Below, piece after piece: positions 61,105-64,000 of a DNA stretch of 64,000 nt; position 1 is the first letter of the stretch, and each line of letters begins with the position of its first letter. The stretch spans positions 18,796,234 through 18,860,233 of the forward strand of contig NC_090407.1 of NCBI RefSeq assembly GCF_036365525.1, given 5' to 3'. The stretch comes from Heterodontus francisci. Taxonomy: Eukaryota. Made by a program: the position numbers and the translations under genes. The notes below the pieces were generated by a model. It had not been told where the DNA came from. It searched no databases and saw nothing but the letters and a program-made list of their open reading frames with translations.

Positions 61105-63589
61105 GTACAAACATAACAGTGCACCAACAAATAGGGTCAGAGGAGGGAAAAATGGTAAAAAGACAGAATTAAAGGCTTTTATCTGAATGCATGCAGCATT
61201 CATCACAAATAATTGAATTAATGGTGCAAATAGAAATAAATCAGTATGATCTGATAGCCATGACAGAGACATGGTTGCAAGGTGACCAAGGCTGGGAACT
61301 GAATATTCAAGGCTATTTGACAATTTGGAATGATAGGAAGAAAGGAAAAGGAAGTGGGGTAGCTCTGTTAATAAAGGATGAAATCAGTACAGACCTGAGA
61401 AATGATCTTGGCTCAGAAGATCAAAATGTCGAATCAGTTTGGGTGGAGACAAGAAATGCAAGGACAAGAAGTCACTGGTGGAAGCAGTTTACACTTGTAG
61501 GACAGAGTATAAATCAAGAAATAATTGGGGCATGTAAATAATGTACTGCAATAATCGTGGGCCATTTTAATTTTCTTATAGATTTGGACAAATCAAATTG
61601 GCAAAGATAGCCTTGAAACGAGTTCATAGAATGTATTCTGGACTATTTCGTAGAACAATACATTCTGGAACCAACCAGGGGACGGGCTATTTTCGAACCT
61701 TGCAACCACGTCTCTGTCATGGCTATCAGATCAGACTGATTTATTTCTATTTGTGCCATCAATTCATTTATCTGGTTACGAATGCTGCGTGAATTCAGAT
61801 AAAAAGCCTTTAATTCTGTCTTTTTACAATATTTCCCTACTCAGACCCTATTTGTTGGTAATGTGTAATGAGACAGCGTTAATTAATGATCTCTCAGTAA
61901 AAGACTGTAGGGAGGAGTGATCATAACATGATGGAATTTCACATTCAGTTTGAGAAACTTGGGCCTGAAACTAGTGTCTTAAACTTAAATAAAGGCAATT
62001 ACAAAAATATGAAGACAGAGTTGGCTAAAGTAGAATGGGAAAATAGGTTAAAAGGTAACATGGTAGATGAGCAGTGGAAGACATTTAAGGAGATATTTCA
62101 TAACTCTCAACAAAGATATATTCCATTGAGCAGGAAAGAAAGTTAAGGATGGTATCAAATAGAAAGAAAGGCGTACAATGCTGCGAAGATTAATGGTCGG
62201 CCGGAAGATTGGGAAAATTTCAGAAACCAGCAAAGGATGACTTAAAAAATAGAGGGAGAAATTAGAATATAAGAGGAAACTAGCACAAAATATACAAACA
62301 GATGGTAAGAGCTTCTAAAAGTATATAAAAAGGAAGAGAGTAGCTTAACTTAACATTGGTCCCTTACAGGATGAGACTGGGGAATTAATAATGGGAAACA
62401 AGGAAATGGCAGAGACTTTGAACAGGTATTGTATATCTGGCTTCATAGTAGAATACACTAAAAACATCCCGAGAATAGCAGAAAATCAAGGGCAAAAGGG
62501 AGGGAGGACCTTGAAACAATCATTATCACTGAAGAAAAAGTACTAGGAAAACTAATAGGTCTAAAGGCTGACAAGCCCGGAGACCTGATGGCCTACATCC
62601 TAGGGTCTTAAAAGAAAAGTGGCTGATGAATTATTGGTTGTAATCTTCCAAAATTTCCTAGATTTTGGAAAGGTCCCAGCGGATTGGAAAACTGCAAATG
62701 TAACTCCCCTATTCAAGAAAGGAGGGAGACAGTTAGCAGGCAACTAACTGCAGGCCAGTTAGCCTAACGTTAGTCATTGGGAAAATGTTGGAATCCATTA
62801 TTAAGGGAGTAATAGCAGGACATTTAGAAAATCATAATACAATCAAGCAGAGTCAACACAGTTTTATGAAAGGAAAAGTGTGTTTGACAAATTTATTAGA
62901 GTTCTTTGAGGATGTAACAAGCATGGTGGACAAAGGGGAACCAGTAGATGTAGTATTTGGATTTCCAAAGGGCATTTGCTAAGGTGCCACACGTAAGAGG
63001 TTACTGCTCAAGATAAGAGTTCAGTGTGTTGGGGGTGATATATTAGCATGGATAGAGGATTGGCAAACTAACAGGAAACAGAGAGTCGGGATAAATGGAC
63101 ACTTTCACCTTTGCAAACTGTAACTAGTGGGGTGTCACAGGGAGCAGTGCTGGGGCTTCAACTATCTATCAACAATCTATATTAATGACTTGGATGAAGG
63201 GACAGAGTGTATTGTAGCCAAATTTGATGATACAAAGATAGGTGGGAAAGCAAGTTGTGAGGAGGACACAAAGTGCCTGCAGATAGATATAGGTAGGTCT
63301 AGTGAGTGGGCAAAAATTTGGCAGATGGAGTATAATGTGGGAAAATGTGAGGTTGTCCACTTTGGTAGGAAGAATAGAAAAGCAGAATATTATTTAAATG
63401 GAGAGAGACTGCAGAATGCTGTGGTATAGAGGGATCTGGTGTCCTTGTACAAAATGTTAACATGCAGGAACAGAGTATGTTTCTTATCCATGGCTGAGAT
63501 CAGCTAACTCAGGACAGGCGAGGAGATTGAGCCGAGGGCCTTCCTTGGCCCCTGTGTGGGTCAGCAGTTCAAAACCTTAAAAGCTGACA

Positions 63590-63992
63590 TTATGACTCAG
63601 TGGGGAGCACTCTTGCCTCTGAGTCAGAAGGTTGTGCGTTCAAGTCCCTACTGCAGAGTCTTGAGCACAAAATCCAGGCTGACTCTCCAGTTACTGAGGG
63701 GGTGCTGTCTTTAGGGTGAAATGTTAAACCAACACCCTGCCTGTCCTCGCAAGTGGACATAAAAGATCCCATGGCATTATTTGAAGATGAGCAGGGGAGT
63801 CCTCCCTAGTGCCCTAGCCAATATTTGACCCTTGACTAACATCATTGAACAGCTATCTGGGCATTCTCACTTCGTGGGAGCTTGCCATGCACAAATTGGC
63901 TGCTGCATTTCCTACGTTCCTACAGTGACTGCACTTGAAAAAGTACTTAATTCGTTGTAAAGCGCTTTGCGACATCAAAGTCTTTTCTTTCT
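63590..63992 (+). mobile_element. SacSINE1-like DeuSINE
   Basis: Head GACTCAGTGGGGAGCACTCTTGCCTCTGAGTCAGAAGG and Deu domain AAAAGATCCCATGGCATTATTTGAAGATGAGCAGGGGAG. Confidence 0.8.
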
Positions 63993-64000
63993 TTGCCCAT

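Larger units (their letters stand above)
59030..63470 (+). mobile_element. Long decayed CR1 LINE: ORF1 SGNH esterase and ORF2 APE+RT
   Basis: VIVVGNSRVRG...CCLPGSWVKDI...VIVHLSTDD (CR1 ORF1 esterase); YDLIAMTETWLQ (APE); CLTNLLEFFEDVT and AKFDDTKIGG (RT). Confidence 0.88.

Overview
Vertebrate genomic DNA, most likely from a shark or other cartilaginous fish, judged from its HE1/V-SINE, SacSINE1/DeuSINE, CR1, L2 and Penelope repeats. It carries the conserved RNF207-RPL22-CHD5 syntenic block. On the minus strand are seven coding exons of RNF207 (RING, B-box, start of the coiled coil; the gene runs off the left edge). On the plus strand are a complete 4-exon RPL22 (126 aa, 5'TOP CpG-island promoter) and the promoter plus probable first coding exon of CHD5. 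Most remaining sequence is decayed, often nested transposable elements, and nearly all short ORFs in the track are TE remnants or spurious. The most notable structures are: a near-full-length RTE LINE with a twin-priming 5' inversion and 11-bp TSD; a Penelope-like element with inverted pseudo-LTRs, a 15-bp TSD and minimal hammerhead ribozyme motifs; an apparently ORF1-less CR1-group LINE sharing its 5' region with a tRNA-headed SINE; a solo LTR; a hAT non-autonomous element with a long internal palindrome; a G-rich minisatellite beside the RNF207 start exon; and near-identical inverted SINEs flanking RPL22 exon 2. I found no CRISPR array or prokaryote-type system and cannot claim a wholly new system from sequence alone. 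Homology statements come from my recollection of these families, not from a search, and TE boundaries are approximate unless a TSD is given.
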